Assembly (NCBI GenBank): GCA_016210845.1
Contig: JACQTK010000041.1
Span: 1,781-65,780, forward strand
Direction: 5' to 3'
DNA length: 64,000 nucleotides
Source of the DNA: Acidobacteriota bacterium
Lineage (GTDB): Bacteria; Acidobacteriota; Vicinamibacteria; Vicinamibacterales; UBA2999
Within the stretch, counting starts at the first letter, position 1. Each line of letters starts with the position of its first letter. The notes under the pieces were generated by a model, which had not been told where the DNA came from, searched no databases, and saw only the letters and a program-made list of their open reading frames with translations. A program made the translations under genes and the position numbers. Shown piece by piece: positions 1 to 8,746 of the stretch.

Positions 1-1
1 C

Positions 2-490
2 CTGAAGGGACGCGCCGAGGAGGGCAAGCACCAGGACGATCACGTGCTGGCCGACGCGGTGTACCTGCTCGGCGCCGTCGACGAGACGGGGCGTCCGCGG
101 CCGCGCGAGGTGCCGCTGCGGAACGCGCTCAACGAGGCGCTGCGGGACTGGTACGAGAAGGACTGTCTGCACAGCGTCGAGCGCTGGAACACGAAGATCG
201 CGAGCCACGGCATCGACTTCCGGATCGCGCTGCCGGACCGGAAGTTCCACCGCCACATCGGGACGTTCGCGGGCCGCCGCTTCGATCCGTCCGGACGGCC
301 GCTCGCCGCGGAGGAGTGGGAGCGCCGCCGCCACGAGTGGCTGCCGTCGTCCGCCGACACCGCATATCTCAAGAGCCTGCAGGCCGCGGCGGTGTACGAG
401 CCGGGCCGGTTCGCCAACTACATCGCGCCGCCGCTGCGCGGCATCAATCAGAGGCCGATCGACTTCGAGTACGTCCGCACGGAGGAGTGA
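2..490 (+). CDS. 3' part of a gene that starts left of the window; tentatively BoxB-like (benzoyl-CoA 2,3-epoxidase di-iron subunit) C-terminus
   Basis: Frame is open from nt 2 to the stop at 488-490 (track ORF 44..490). The tail reads ...YIAPPLRGINQRPIDFEYVRTEE. The family call is from memory of BoxB C-termini and is unverified. Confidence 0.55.
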   Translation: MKGRAEEGKHQDDHVLADAVYLLGAVDETGRPRPREVPLRNALNEALRDWYEKDCLHSVERWNTKIASHGIDFRIALPDRKFHRHIGTFAGRRFDPSGRPLAAEEWERRRHEWLPSSADTAYLKSLQAAAVYEPGRFANYIAPPLRGINQRPIDFEYVRTEE

Positions 491-556
491 CAAGGGCAGG
501 CGCGAGGGTGCCAGGTCCGGAGCGCGGGGTCGCTACGCGGGGTATCGCGGCGGCTC

Positions 557-660
557 GCGGCGGCTAAAGCCGCCGCTCTACAGGTGGCGTGGATCCTCCA
601 CCTGTAGAGCGCACGCTTCAGCGTGCGCGAGCCCGCGCTTCAGCGTGCGCGAGCCCGCGC
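557..660. repeat. REP-like palindromic cluster (CTGAAG-loop hairpin family)
   Basis: Reads gcggcggCTAAAGccgccgc - TCTACAGGTGG..CCACCTGTAGA - gcgcacgCTTCAGcgtgcgc, followed by a partial duplicate. Lies between convergent gene ends. Confidence 0.85.
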
Positions 661-712
661 TACATCAGCGTGAATCGGGTAGACGCGCGAACGATGCATT
701 CGAGGTTCAGGT

Positions 713-1234
713 TCACTGAATCGTGATCGTGCCCTGCAGCGACGTGTTCGTCTCCTGGTTGTGATCGTGGTACGCGCACGTGCGCCGCGTGTTGAGGTTG
801 CTCGTCTGCCGGCTCTGGCCAGGAGTGAGGAACCCCACGGCGTTGATCTCCGGGCAGTCCGTGTGCTCGGGATGCGGATCGGAGTTCATGTCGTGCACGC
901 GGCTGTCGTTGTTGACGAACGTCACGCGGGATCCCACGGGCACCGTGAGGGCGCGGGGAGACACGCCGCTCGAGGTGATGGTAATCGTCGTGCCGCTCGA
1001 GCTCCCGCCGCCGCCGCTGCCAGGGTCCGGCGTGGTGGGAGAAGTCGGGGTCGTGCTGCTTCCGCCGCCGTCGGCGCCGCCGCACGCCGCCACGGTGATC
1101 GCGATCGAGCACGCCAAAGCGACCGCGCACGCTAAAGCGTGCGCTCTACAGGTGGAGGACCCCTGCCGCCTGTAGAGCGGCGGCTTCAGCCGCCGCGGCA
1201 CTGTCGCCCTGTTCAAGACAGAAAGAGTGTTCAT
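713..1234 (-). CDS. cupredoxin-like lipoprotein
   Basis: Tail of track ORF 713..2026. The ATG at 1234 shares a base with the TGA of the upstream gene (TGATG). Has a lipobox ...ITVAAC, a Gly/Ser/Thr linker and a beta-rich domain with His/Cys ligand-like residues (HPEHTDC ... CAYHDH). The first 40 codons are encoded by a REP unit. Confidence 0.65.
   Translation of the reverse strand: MNTLSVLNRATVPRRLKPPLYRRQGSSTCRAHALACAVALACSIAITVAACGGADGGGSSTTPTSPTTPDPGSGGGGSSSGTTITITSSGVSPRALTVPVGSRVTFVNNDSRVHDMNSDPHPEHTDCPEINAVGFLTPGQSRQTSNLNTRRTCAYHDHNQETNTSLQGTITIQ
1125..1196. repeat. REP-like unit lying inside the 5' end of the lipoprotein CDS
   Basis: Reads gcgcacgCTAAAGcgtgcgc TCTACAGG ... CCTGTAGA gcggcggCTTCAGccgccgc. 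Confidence 0.85.
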
Positions 1235-2049
1235 CAGAAAAACTTCCTCGAGATGTTGAAGCCCAGATACCAGTCGTCGTTGGTGAATCCGCCGCGCGCG
1301 ACCTGCGCGGGCGTGGTGCCGAACCCGTTCGAGACGTTGAGCTGGAACGAGTGTCCCCCCGCGCGCTTCTCGATGCCGAACGATCCATGCGTGACGCCCG
1401 GATCGTGGCCCGCCACGCGTGGCGCAATCTCGCCCACCAGGTACACGGTCGGCCGGATGCGCAGGCGCGCCGCCAACCCCACGAGGAGCGTATCCTCGTC
1501 CTCGGCGAACGCCGCGGGCGCGGGGTTGGTGCTGCCGACCCAGAGCGGCTCCACGTACAGCGCCGCCAGGCCGCTGATGGTGCGCGAGACGGCCACGCCC
1601 AGCGCCGGCGAATAGCGGTCGCGGAAGTTGTTGGTCCCCTCGATCGAGGCGAGCACGCCGAGCCCCACCGGAGAACCGCCGCTCTGCTGCAGGAGGTTGT
1701 ACTGCCCGAAGAAGTCGATCGTCTTGTTGCTCGTCCGGTGGATGCCCGCCTGCACGCCCCGCAGCAGCCCGAAGCGGTACTCGAGCCCGATGAGCGCTCC
1801 CGAATCCAGGCCAAAGAGGTCGCCGACGAGGTCGCCGAAGTCTCCCGCGCCGAGCGGCCGCCCGAAGCGGTGCGTCACCCGGAAGGCGCTCTTGAAGCGC
1901 GGGACGCGCAGCGTCGTCGGCAGCGTGACGACGGTGAAATCGGGCTGCTCGACGCTCAGGTCGAGATCGGGATCGTCGTCCGGGGCCTGCGCCAGCGCGC
2001 CCTGCGGTGCCAGCAGTGCAACACACGTCATGACAGCAAACAGTCTCAT
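1234..2049 (-). CDS. outer-membrane beta-barrel protein (DUF5777-like)
   Basis: Internal ATG of track ORF 1234..2622. Has signal peptide MRLFAVMTCVALLAPQGALAQA, an amphipathic beta-strand pattern and a C-terminal ...NISRKFF. Confidence 0.75.
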   Translation of the reverse strand: MRLFAVMTCVALLAPQGALAQAPDDDPDLDLSVEQPDFTVVTLPTTLRVPRFKSAFRVTHRFGRPLGAGDFGDLVGDLFGLDSGALIGLEYRFGLLRGVQAGIHRTSNKTIDFFGQYNLLQQSGGSPVGLGVLASIEGTNNFRDRYSPALGVAVSRTISGLAALYVEPLWVGSTNPAPAAFAEDEDTLLVGLAARLRIRPTVYLVGEIAPRVAGHDPGVTHGSFGIEKRAGGHSFQLNVSNGFGTTPAQVARGGFTNDDWYLGFNISRKFF

Positions 2050-2609
2050 GGGACCGCTATGCGGCTCCTTTCGAGAACGTGTACCGGTTGTGAACGTCGC
2101 ATAGCGGTCCCACGCGCGCGGAGCGCGCCAAGAAACACTGGCCGACCGGCCACGGGCTCGGAGGGCATGAAGGGCTGAGCCCGTGGCTGGTCCTGCTCGC
2201 GTGCCTGGACGACCAGCACGCCGTTCATGTCCTCGTGGCCCTCGCCACAGTACACCGAGCACACGATGGGAAAGCGTCCCGCCTCGCCGGCGACGAAGTC
2301 GATGATGACGGGCGCGCTGCCACGCGGAACCTCCTTCGAGATGTTGAGCGGCTTGATCTCGAAACCGTGGAGGCCGTCGCCCGATCGCACCACGAGCCGG
2401 ACGGCCTCGCCTGCGGTGACGGCGATCTCGGCTGGCTCGAAGCTGTACCGCCTGGCCAGCACCTCGATCGTGCGCGGCTCGGGAGACTGACCAGCCAGGC
2501 CGCTGCCGCCAGCTGTCCCCGCCACCAGGACCGCCGCCGCCGAGCAGCCGATCACGACCATCGGCCACACGGCGCGTACATGCTGGGTGACAGATCGCCT
2601 CATGCGCAT
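2046..2609 (-). CDS. CuA-type cupredoxin domain protein
   Basis: Track ORF with an N-terminal membrane anchor. LHGFEI ... CSVYCGEGHEDM matches the H...C-x3-C-x3-H-x2-M ligand pattern of CuA sites. The last 45 or so codons read through repeat copy 2051-2192 and end in an ATGA overlap with the next gene. Confidence 0.75.
   Translation of the reverse strand: MRMRRSVTQHVRAVWPMVVIGCSAAAVLVAGTAGGSGLAGQSPEPRTIEVLARRYSFEPAEIAVTAGEAVRLVVRSGDGLHGFEIKPLNISKEVPRGSAPVIIDFVAGEAGRFPIVCSVYCGEGHEDMNGVLVVQAREQDQPRAQPFMPSEPVAGRPVFLGALRARGTAMRRSQPVHVLERSRIAVP
2051..2192 (-). repeat. three-hairpin composite element, copy 1 (A-B-C on minus strand)
   Basis: Contains GGACCGCTATGCGG...CGCATAGCGGTCC, GCGCGCGGAGCGCGC and a variant A hairpin GGCCGACCGGCCACGGGCTC...GAGCCCGTGGCTGGTCC. 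Confidence 0.85.
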
Positions 2610-2746
2610 GCCCCCTGAGCAAGGCCGATGCCCAGACGGGTGACCCGAACGCTCACGAAACGTGGGGAGCCAGAGGCTCGGACATTACAGGGTCGGTAAT
2701 CGCGCACGAAAAGCGAAACAGACATGGTGACCGTCGTGGTCGCCCA

Positions 2747-4114
2747 TCAATCGATGCGGTACTTCGCCAGATAGTAGCTCAGGGCCCGCTGGCTGATGCC
2801 CATCTGCTCCGCCGCATCCTTCTTGATGCCGCCCGACTGCTCGAGGGCGCGGCGGATCGTCTCGCGCTCCACCCACTCGATGTTCTGGTGCAGGCGCAGC
2901 GACGGCAATCCGGCCGGCGGCGCCGACGAGGCACCCAGCAGCGAGATCGATCCCATTGTGAGCGTGGTTCCAGTAGCCAGAACCACGGCGCGCTCGATCG
3001 TGTTCTCGAGCTCGCGCACGTTGCCCGGCCAGTCGTAGCGCTGCAGCGACTGCAGCACCTCTTCGTCCACCCGATCGATCCGCTTGCCCGTGCGCTGCCG
3101 GTGCTTCTGCACGAAATGATCGATGAGCACTGGAATGTCGTCGCGCCGCTCGCGCAGGGCCGGAATCGGAATCGGAATGACGTTCAACCGGTAGTACAGG
3201 TCCTCCTGGAAGCGGCCCTCGGTGACCATCTGCTTGAGGTCGCGATTGGTGGCGGCGATGACCCGCACCTCCACGCGCTGGGTGCGCTCGGCGCCGAGCG
3301 GCTCGAACTCGCGCTCCTGCAGCACCCGCAGCAGCTTCGACTGGAGGGTGGTGCTCAGCGTGCCGATCTCGTCGAGGAAGATCGAGCCGCCGTCGGCCAG
3401 GGCGAACTTGCCGCGCTTGGTCATCGTGGCGCCGGTGAAGGCGCCGCGCACGTGGCCGAACAGCTCCGACTCGAGGAGCGTTTCGGGAATCGCGGCGCAG
3501 TTCACCTTGATGAGCGGCATCTCGCGCTGTGCGCTCCGGTGGTGGATCAGCCGTGCCACCATCTCCTTGCCCGTCCCCGTCTCGCCGGTGATGAGCACCG
3601 TGCTCCGGGTCTGCGCCACGAGCTCCGCGCGCTGGATGACCTCCTGCATCGCGCGGCTCCGTCCGACGATGCCGTAGTGGTTGAACTCGGCGTCGCGCTC
3701 GCTGATCAGGTACTGACGCTCGGTCTGGAGGCGAAGGCTCTTGACGGCGCGGCGGGCCAGCGCGAGCAGCTCGTCGATCTCGAACGGCTTCTCGAGGAAG
3801 TCCTCGACGCCGAGCTTGAAGGCCTCGCGCACGATCTGCGTCGATCCGTGCGCGGTCATCATCACCACCTGCGGCCTTTCGGACGGGGCCGTCGTGTGGG
3901 CCATCTCGCGGACCAGATCCAGGCCCGTCATGCCGGGCATGACGTTGTCGACCACCAGCAGGTCGAACGCCCGCTCGCCCAGCAGCCGCTGCGCCTCCCG
4001 CGTCGTCGTCACCTCCACGACGTCGTGCCCCTCGTCCCGGAGCGCCCGGCCGAGCCGCTTGAGGATCTTCTCCTCGTCGTCGGCGAGGAGGATGGAACCG
4101 GCCATCGCCGTCAT
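2747..4114 (-). CDS. sigma-54-dependent response regulator (NtrC/Fis family)
   Basis: Has a REC domain (LLVVDNVMPGMTG), an AAA+ sigma-54 interaction domain (GETGTGKE, GAFTGA) and a C-terminal Fis-type HTH. Confidence 0.95.
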   Translation of the reverse strand: MTAMAGSILLADDEEKILKRLGRALRDEGHDVVEVTTTREAQRLLGERAFDLLVVDNVMPGMTGLDLVREMAHTTAPSERPQVVMMTAHGSTQIVREAFKLGVEDFLEKPFEIDELLALARRAVKSLRLQTERQYLISERDAEFNHYGIVGRSRAMQEVIQRAELVAQTRSTVLITGETGTGKEMVARLIHHRSAQREMPLIKVNCAAIPETLLESELFGHVRGAFTGATMTKRGKFALADGGSIFLDEIGTLSTTLQSKLLRVLQEREFEPLGAERTQRVEVRVIAATNRDLKQMVTEGRFQEDLYYRLNVIPIPIPALRERRDDIPVLIDHFVQKHRQRTGKRIDRVDEEVLQSLQRYDWPGNVRELENTIERAVVLATGTTLTMGSISLLGASSAPPAGLPSLRLHQNIEWVERETIRRALEQSGGIKKDAAEQMGISQRALSYYLAKYRID

Positions 4115-6102
4115 GCGCGGGCCTCCGTCCCGACGGGCGGCTGCTTCGGCAGCTCGATCCGGATCTCGGTGCCCTCCCCGCGGCGACTCGACACCGCGAT
4201 CGTGCCGCCGAGTCCCTCGATGATGTTCTTGGCGATGGGGAGGCCGAGACCCGTGCCCGCCCGCCGCGTGGTGAAGTACGGGTCGAAGATGTGGGGCATG
4301 TCCTCTGGCGCAATGCCCACGCCGCGGTCGCGGACCGAGATCGTCACGCGGCCGTCACCGTGCGTCGTCGTCACGCGAACGCCGGGCTCGACGCGGTCCG
4401 CGTCAGCGGACCGCGCAGCCAGCGCTGGCTCGTCGGGTCGCACAGCGACCCGACCGACGGCGGCCGGCGGACGCCCGCGTGCGCCGGTCTGTGGTCCGGC
4501 CGCGCCAGCATGGCCTCCGGCGTCGGCCGGAAGCGGTGCGTCGCGGCGGATGCCCCGGAGCGCGTGTCGGGCGTTGGTCAGGATGTTGACCAGCGCCGTG
4601 CGCAGCCGCTCCGCATCGGTGATGATGGGCGGCGTCGTGCGATCCAGGTCGAGCGCCACGATCGATCCAGGATCGCCCGTCCACGCCGCTTCAGCGGAGC
4701 TGCGGCAGATGTCGTTGATGTCGGCCTCTCCCAGCTCGAAGCGGATGGGCCTGGCGAAATCGAGCACCTCGGTGACGATGCGGTTCAGGCGCAGCGTCTC
4801 CTCGTCGATGTCCGCCACGGCCTCGCGCAGCTCCGTGGCGGAGAGCCCTTCGCGCCGCAGGCTGGACAGCGAGGCCCGGATGATCATCAGGGGGTTCCGG
4901 ATCTCGTGCGCGATGACGGTCGAGAGCCGCCCGAGCGACGACAGCCGATCCTTGTGCGCCGCCTCCCGCTGAAAGCGTGCGATCGAATCCGTCAGCGTGT
5001 TGAACGTCGAGGCCAGCAGCCGCGCGTCCTCGTCGTCCCAGGGGCGGCTCTCGAGCGTGACCTTGCGGGTGAGATCGCCCGTGGCCGCGACGTCCCGCAT
5101 GGCCGTCGTGATCGCGGCGAGCGGGCGGGTCATCGTGCGCGCCACGCCGTAGCTGAGGATCGTGGCGAGCACGAGCGTCACCACGAGCACGCCGGTCAGG
5201 CCCGTGCGAATCGCGGTCAGAAAGCGCAGACGCTCGGTGCGCGAGCGAAGCACCAGCGAGACAGGCGCGTCCGGGCCGACCTGAAGGTCGGCCCCTGCAT
5301 CATCGGGTTGTCGGGCATCATCGACTTGTAGGGGCCGACCTTCAGGTCGGCCCAACGGCGCAACGAGCGGACGTGCCAAGGCCAGGAACTCTTCCTCGCC
5401 GATCGCCACGGAGGTCATGCCCGACGCGCCGATGGCGAGGGCCAGTGGCTCGCGCGACGCCGCCGGCAGCGTCGATGCGAGGATCCGACCCTGCGCCCCG
5501 AACGCGATCTCGCTGCCCGTGAGGTCCTTGAACTGCGCGGCGAGGCGGTCGTCCAGGAAGACGCCGACCGTGAGGCGGCCGAGGATATCCGGCAGGATGC
5601 CGTCGATCAGGATGGGGACGCTGACGACCTGGAGCACTCCACGCGCGTGAGGTTCGAACGTGGCGACCTCCTCCAACGGCGGAGCGCCCCGCACGGCCGA
5701 GGCGAGCGCCGACGCGTCGGCACCGGCCAGACCCAGGATCGCCTCCCGCCTGCCCGTCAACAGCAGCAGGTCCACCTTCATGTGTTGCAGGTACTCTTCG
5801 GCCAGCGGCTGCGCCGTGGGCGGATCGCCGATGTCCACCACCGCTTTCAGCTTGGGGAGATCTGCGACGACTCGCGCCATCCGCGTGAGTGTGTCGGTCA
5901 GCGTGGCCCGGTGCTGATCCACCAGCGTGGCCGCCTCCGCGAGGCCCCGCCGCAGCTCCGCCTCCGCTTCGGTCGTCGCGCGCGCGTTGACGAAGGAGAA
6001 CGCGACGCCGAGCGACAGCATGGCGAGCACCGTGCACGCCAGGAAGACGCGATTGGTCAGCGACGAGATGATGGACACGGACAGCCTTACCCGATGTGTC
6101 AT
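4111..6102 (-). CDS. sensor histidine kinase (periplasmic sensor, HAMP, HisKA, HATPase_c)
   Basis: Has H-box HEIRNPL and G-boxes DRGVGI and GTGLGL, plus an ATGA overlap with the regulator gene. I chose the start at ATG 6102 (MTHRVRL...) because upstream codons translate the octamer repeat. Confidence 0.9.
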   Translation of the reverse strand: MTHRVRLSVSIISSLTNRVFLACTVLAMLSLGVAFSFVNARATTEAEAELRRGLAEAATLVDQHRATLTDTLTRMARVVADLPKLKAVVDIGDPPTAQPLAEEYLQHMKVDLLLLTGRREAILGLAGADASALASAVRGAPPLEEVATFEPHARGVLQVVSVPILIDGILPDILGRLTVGVFLDDRLAAQFKDLTGSEIAFGAQGRILASTLPAASREPLALAIGASGMTSVAIGEEEFLALARPLVAPLGRPEGRPLQVDDARQPDDAGADLQVGPDAPVSLVLRSRTERLRFLTAIRTGLTGVLVVTLVLATILSYGVARTMTRPLAAITTAMRDVAATGDLTRKVTLESRPWDDEDARLLASTFNTLTDSIARFQREAAHKDRLSSLGRLSTVIAHEIRNPLMIIRASLSSLRREGLSATELREAVADIDEETLRLNRIVTEVLDFARPIRFELGEADINDICRSSAEAAWTGDPGSIVALDLDRTTPPIITDAERLRTALVNILTNARHALRGIRRDAPLPADAGGHAGAAGPQTGARGRPPAAVGRVAVRPDEPALAARSADADRVEPGVRVTTTHGDGRVTISVRDRGVGIAPEDMPHIFDPYFTTRRAGTGLGLPIAKNIIEGLGGTIAVSSRRGEGTEIRIELPKQPPVGTEARA
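5273..5353. repeat. REP-like unit inserted in-frame inside the kinase CDS
   Basis: Reads gggccgacCTGAAGgtcggccc CTGCA...TTGTAG gggccgacCTTCAGgtcggccc. It is translated as ...GRPEGRPLQVDDARQPDDAGADLQVGPDAP... Confidence 0.85.
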
Positions 6103-6132
6103 CGAGTTTCGTGGATCGTAACCCGGGGTTCT

Positions 6133-6240
6133 GGGTAGCTGGGTAGCTGGGTAGCTCGGTAGCTGGGTAGCTGGGTCGTTGGCGCGGCTTCCCAACGTGA
6201 TTCCCAAGCCACCAAGCTACCCAGCCACCTAGCTACCCAG
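6133..6240. repeat. hairpin built from tandem octamers (GGGTAGCT)n / (AGCTACCC)n
   Basis: The left arm has 5 direct GGGTAGCT units and the right arm has imperfect inverted copies. Confidence 0.8.
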
Positions 6241-6678
6241 TGTGAGCACGATCAGCAAGGTGCCTGGCTCGAGGCGCTGCAAAGTTGCGTCCGGATACGG
6301 GGACACGAGCGTCCACGATTCCACGACGCGGCCGTCGACCACCCGGGGACCGCGGGCCACCCTGGCCCGCAGCGGCCCGTACAGCCTCACGAGGCTCCAT
6401 CGGCTGTACGAACCGGTCTGACCGAAGGCGTCGAGTGGCAGCAGCGCCCGCGGCTCCCAGGCACCTGGCGGCCGCAGCAAGGAGGGGTCGTCGGTCAGCC
6501 GAGCCAGAATCGTTGCGAGATCGAGCGGGGTGACGTACGCCCGATAGGCCTCCGCCCGAGCGCCAGGCGGCGCGAACAGTGGCAGGAATGCGGGCGCTTC
6601 TCGCCATTCCCCGCCAGGCTGAGCGGCGGTCTGGAGGCCGCTCAGCAGGAACAGCAGGAGGGCGACGCCGACTGGCAT
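6229..6678 (-). CDS. secreted hypothetical protein
   Basis: Internal ATG of track ORF 6229..6906. Has signal peptide MPVGVALLLFLLSGLQTAAQ. The upstream extension only translates repeat DNA. Confidence 0.6.
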   Translation of the reverse strand: MPVGVALLLFLLSGLQTAAQPGGEWREAPAFLPLFAPPGARAEAYRAYVTPLDLATILARLTDDPSLLRPPGAWEPRALLPLDAFGQTGSYSRWSLVRLYGPLRARVARGPRVVDGRVVESWTLVSPYPDATLQRLEPGTLLIVLTLGS

Positions 6679-6730
6679 GCGGCTCACGGAACCTCCGCGC
6701 AGGTGCGGGTTATACTTGCCGGCTATAGGA

Positions 6731-6752
6731 AGGCGGACCTGCAGGTCCGCCT
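6731..6752. repeat. REP-like hairpin (CTGCAG loop variant)
   Basis: Reads aggcggacCTGCAGgtccgcct. Confidence 0.7.
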
Positions 6753-6757
6753 CGACG

Positions 6758-6904
6758 ACCAGCCAAGGGGCTCCGCCCCTTGATATCCCCGCGGAGCCCC
6801 TTGGCTGGTTGCCAGTATCTCTGGCCGCGCTCCGCGCGGCTAGGACCGCTATGCGGTCGACGCAAGCGAGTACAAACTTCACGTTCTGGGCCGCATAGCG
6901 GTCC
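6758..6904 (+). repeat. three-hairpin composite element, copy 2
   Basis: Hairpins A (ACCAGCCAAGGGG..CCCCTTGGCTGGT), B (GCCGCGCTCCGCGCGGC) and C (GGACCGCTATGCGG..CCGCATAGCGGTCC) occur in that order. Confidence 0.9.
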
Positions 6905-6926
6905 AAAGGAGTAGCGGGAGACGCTC

Positions 6927-7190
6927 GTGGCGTATATCATCTGCGAACCCTGCATCGGCACGAAGGACAGCGCCTGTGTCGATGTGTGTCCGGTGGACTG
7001 TATCCACCCGCGCAAGGACGAACCGGGATACGAATCGGCCGAAATGCTCTATATTCACCCGGACGAGTGCATCGACTGCGGGGCCTGCGTACCCGCGTGT
7101 CCGGTGGAAGCGATCTTCGCGCTCGACGAGACGCCGGAGAAGTGGAAGCACTTCATTCCGGTCAACGCCCAGTACTGTCAACAACAGTAG
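6927..7190 (+). CDS. fdxA: 7Fe ferredoxin (FdxA type)
   Basis: GTG start preceded by AAAGGAG. CEPCIGTKDSACVDVCP and CIDCGACVPACP cluster motifs collinear with Azotobacter-type FdxA. Confidence 0.9.
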   Translation: MAYIICEPCIGTKDSACVDVCPVDCIHPRKDEPGYESAEMLYIHPDECIDCGACVPACPVEAIFALDETPEKWKHFIPVNAQYCQQQ

Positions 7191-7225
7191 GGCACGGCGC
7201 CGCCGCGCCCAGCAAGGATGGTGAC

Positions 7226-8743
7226 ATGGGGACCACGCGCAGGACGTTCCGGTTGGCCGTGGGTGCGGCGGGGCTCGTGGCGGTCTGTACGCTGGGGCTG
7301 AGGGCGGGCCAGATTTCCGTCGATGATGCGGAGCTGCAGTACCAGCTCGGCAACCTGCTGATCGAGGAAACGCGGTACCACGAGGCGCTGGACGCCTTCG
7401 ACCGGGCCACCCGGACGACCGATCCGGAGCTCGCGCAGCGCGCCCGCAAGGGCAAGGTGAAAATGGCGCTGCGGATCGCCGAGTTCGACCTGGCCCTGTC
7501 CGAGGCGGAGCGTCTGACGACCGACGCGCGTCAGGACGCCGAGTCGCTGACGCTGCACGGCGACGCGCTGTGGTCCGCGGGGCTGTTCCTCGAGTCCGAC
7601 CGTCTCTACGAACGCGCCATCGCGCTCGAACCCTCCTCGTCCCGCGCGCAGTTCGGCATCGCGCGCTCGCTCGCCACGCGCAACCGCCTCGAGGAAGCGC
7701 TCGACACCGCGCTCCGGGCGGTCGCGGCCGCGCCGCGCGACGGCGAGATCCATCACGCGGTCGGCGACATCTACGAGCGCCTGCACCGCTTCGACGAGGC
7801 GGTGGCGGCCTACAACAACTACATCAACCTGCTGCCCAACCGCGACCGCAGCGAGAAGGCGGCATGGTCGCGCGCGCAGGTCCGGTTCCTCGAGGCGTTC
7901 GCGGGCCGCACGCCGGTGGAGATCGACGAGCAGGACAACGGCATGCTGCACACCGTGCCGTTCCGGCTGGTGCGGGACAAGGTGGTGGTGCAGGCGCGCG
8001 TGAACGGCGGCAACCCTCAGGACTTCGTGCTCGACACCGGCGCGGAGGAGACGGTGCTCTCGGCGGCGACCGCGCGGCGGGTCGGCGTGCGTCCGATTAC
8101 GTACACCCTCAGCGCAGGCGTCGGCGAGATCGGCCTCCGGGGCCTGGAGCTGGCCCGTCTCGACCGGCTCGAGATCGGCACGCTGCAGATCCGCAACCTG
8201 CCGGTGATGATCAAGAATCCGGCGCTGCGCGGCATTCCGACGCGCGAGGGCGAGAGCTTCTCGCCGCTGTCGCTCGGCATGTCGATGACGATCGACTACC
8301 AGCAGCGGCTGCTGACGATCGGCCGGAAGCTGCCGGACGCCGAGGCCGACATCCGTCTGCCCATGCGCGTGCACCGCCTGGCGATGGTGCGCGGCCTGCT
8401 GAACGCGACGCGCCCCGCGTACTTCGTGGTCGACACGGGGGGCGAAGTGATCTCGATCAGCGCGGCGACTGCCGACTCGCTGGCGCCGTCGCCCTTCCGC
8501 CGCATCCCGCTGCGCGTCTACGGGACGTCGGGATGGGATCCCGACGCGTTCCTGCTGCCTGGCGTCGACCTCGATTTCGAGAGCATCGCCTTTCGCAACT
8601 TTCCGCTCGTCGTCCTCAACCTGCGCGCGCCGAGCGTGCTGCTCGGCTTCCAGGTCGGGGGCATCGTCGGGCACAAGTTCCTCGGCAGCTACCGCGTGAC
8701 GATGGACATGGCGGGCAGCGAGCTGAAGCTGGAGGAGTTCTGA
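7226..8743 (+). CDS. secreted TPR protein with two retropepsin-like (clan AA) aspartic protease domains
   Basis: Internal ATG of track ORF 6986..8743. Has a signal peptide, a TPR-like helical half and two D-T-G motifs (VLDTGAEET, VVDTGGEVIS). Confidence 0.8.
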   Translation: MGTTRRTFRLAVGAAGLVAVCTLGLRAGQISVDDAELQYQLGNLLIEETRYHEALDAFDRATRTTDPELAQRARKGKVKMALRIAEFDLALSEAERLTTDARQDAESLTLHGDALWSAGLFLESDRLYERAIALEPSSSRAQFGIARSLATRNRLEEALDTALRAVAAAPRDGEIHHAVGDIYERLHRFDEAVAAYNNYINLLPNRDRSEKAAWSRAQVRFLEAFAGRTPVEIDEQDNGMLHTVPFRLVRDKVVVQARVNGGNPQDFVLDTGAEETVLSAATARRVGVRPITYTLSAGVGEIGLRGLELARLDRLEIGTLQIRNLPVMIKNPALRGIPTREGESFSPLSLGMSMTIDYQQRLLTIGRKLPDAEADIRLPMRVHRLAMVRGLLNATRPAYFVVDTGGEVISISAATADSLAPSPFRRIPLRVYGTSGWDPDAFLLPGVDLDFESIAFRNFPLVVLNLRAPSVLLGFQVGGIVGHKFLGSYRVTMDMAGSELKLEEF

Positions 8744-8746
8744 CGC

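Noticed and set aside
2685-4313. Very long ORFs antisense to or out of frame with recognised genes. Examples: 2685..4313-, 2888..4972+, 7178..8674-, 8616..10400-, 11687..13825+, 20088..23087+, 52881..54587-, 54518..56512-, 56659..58713+, 59070..61328+.
   Set aside because: They have Arg/Ala/Gly/Pro-dominated composition with no recognisable motifs. Each overlaps a gene with clear family signatures. These are typical shadow ORFs of high-GC DNA.
6679-6906. N-terminal extensions of track ORFs through repeat DNA. Examples: 6229..6906, 16555..17385, 18446..19426, 19384..20187, 4111..6207, 23096..24703, 25192..25602.
   Set aside because: The extensions translate the repeats (SRIAVPGARSAP, PHSGP, ATQLP, etc.). 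Internal ATG/GTG codons give proper signal peptides or family-typical N-termini.
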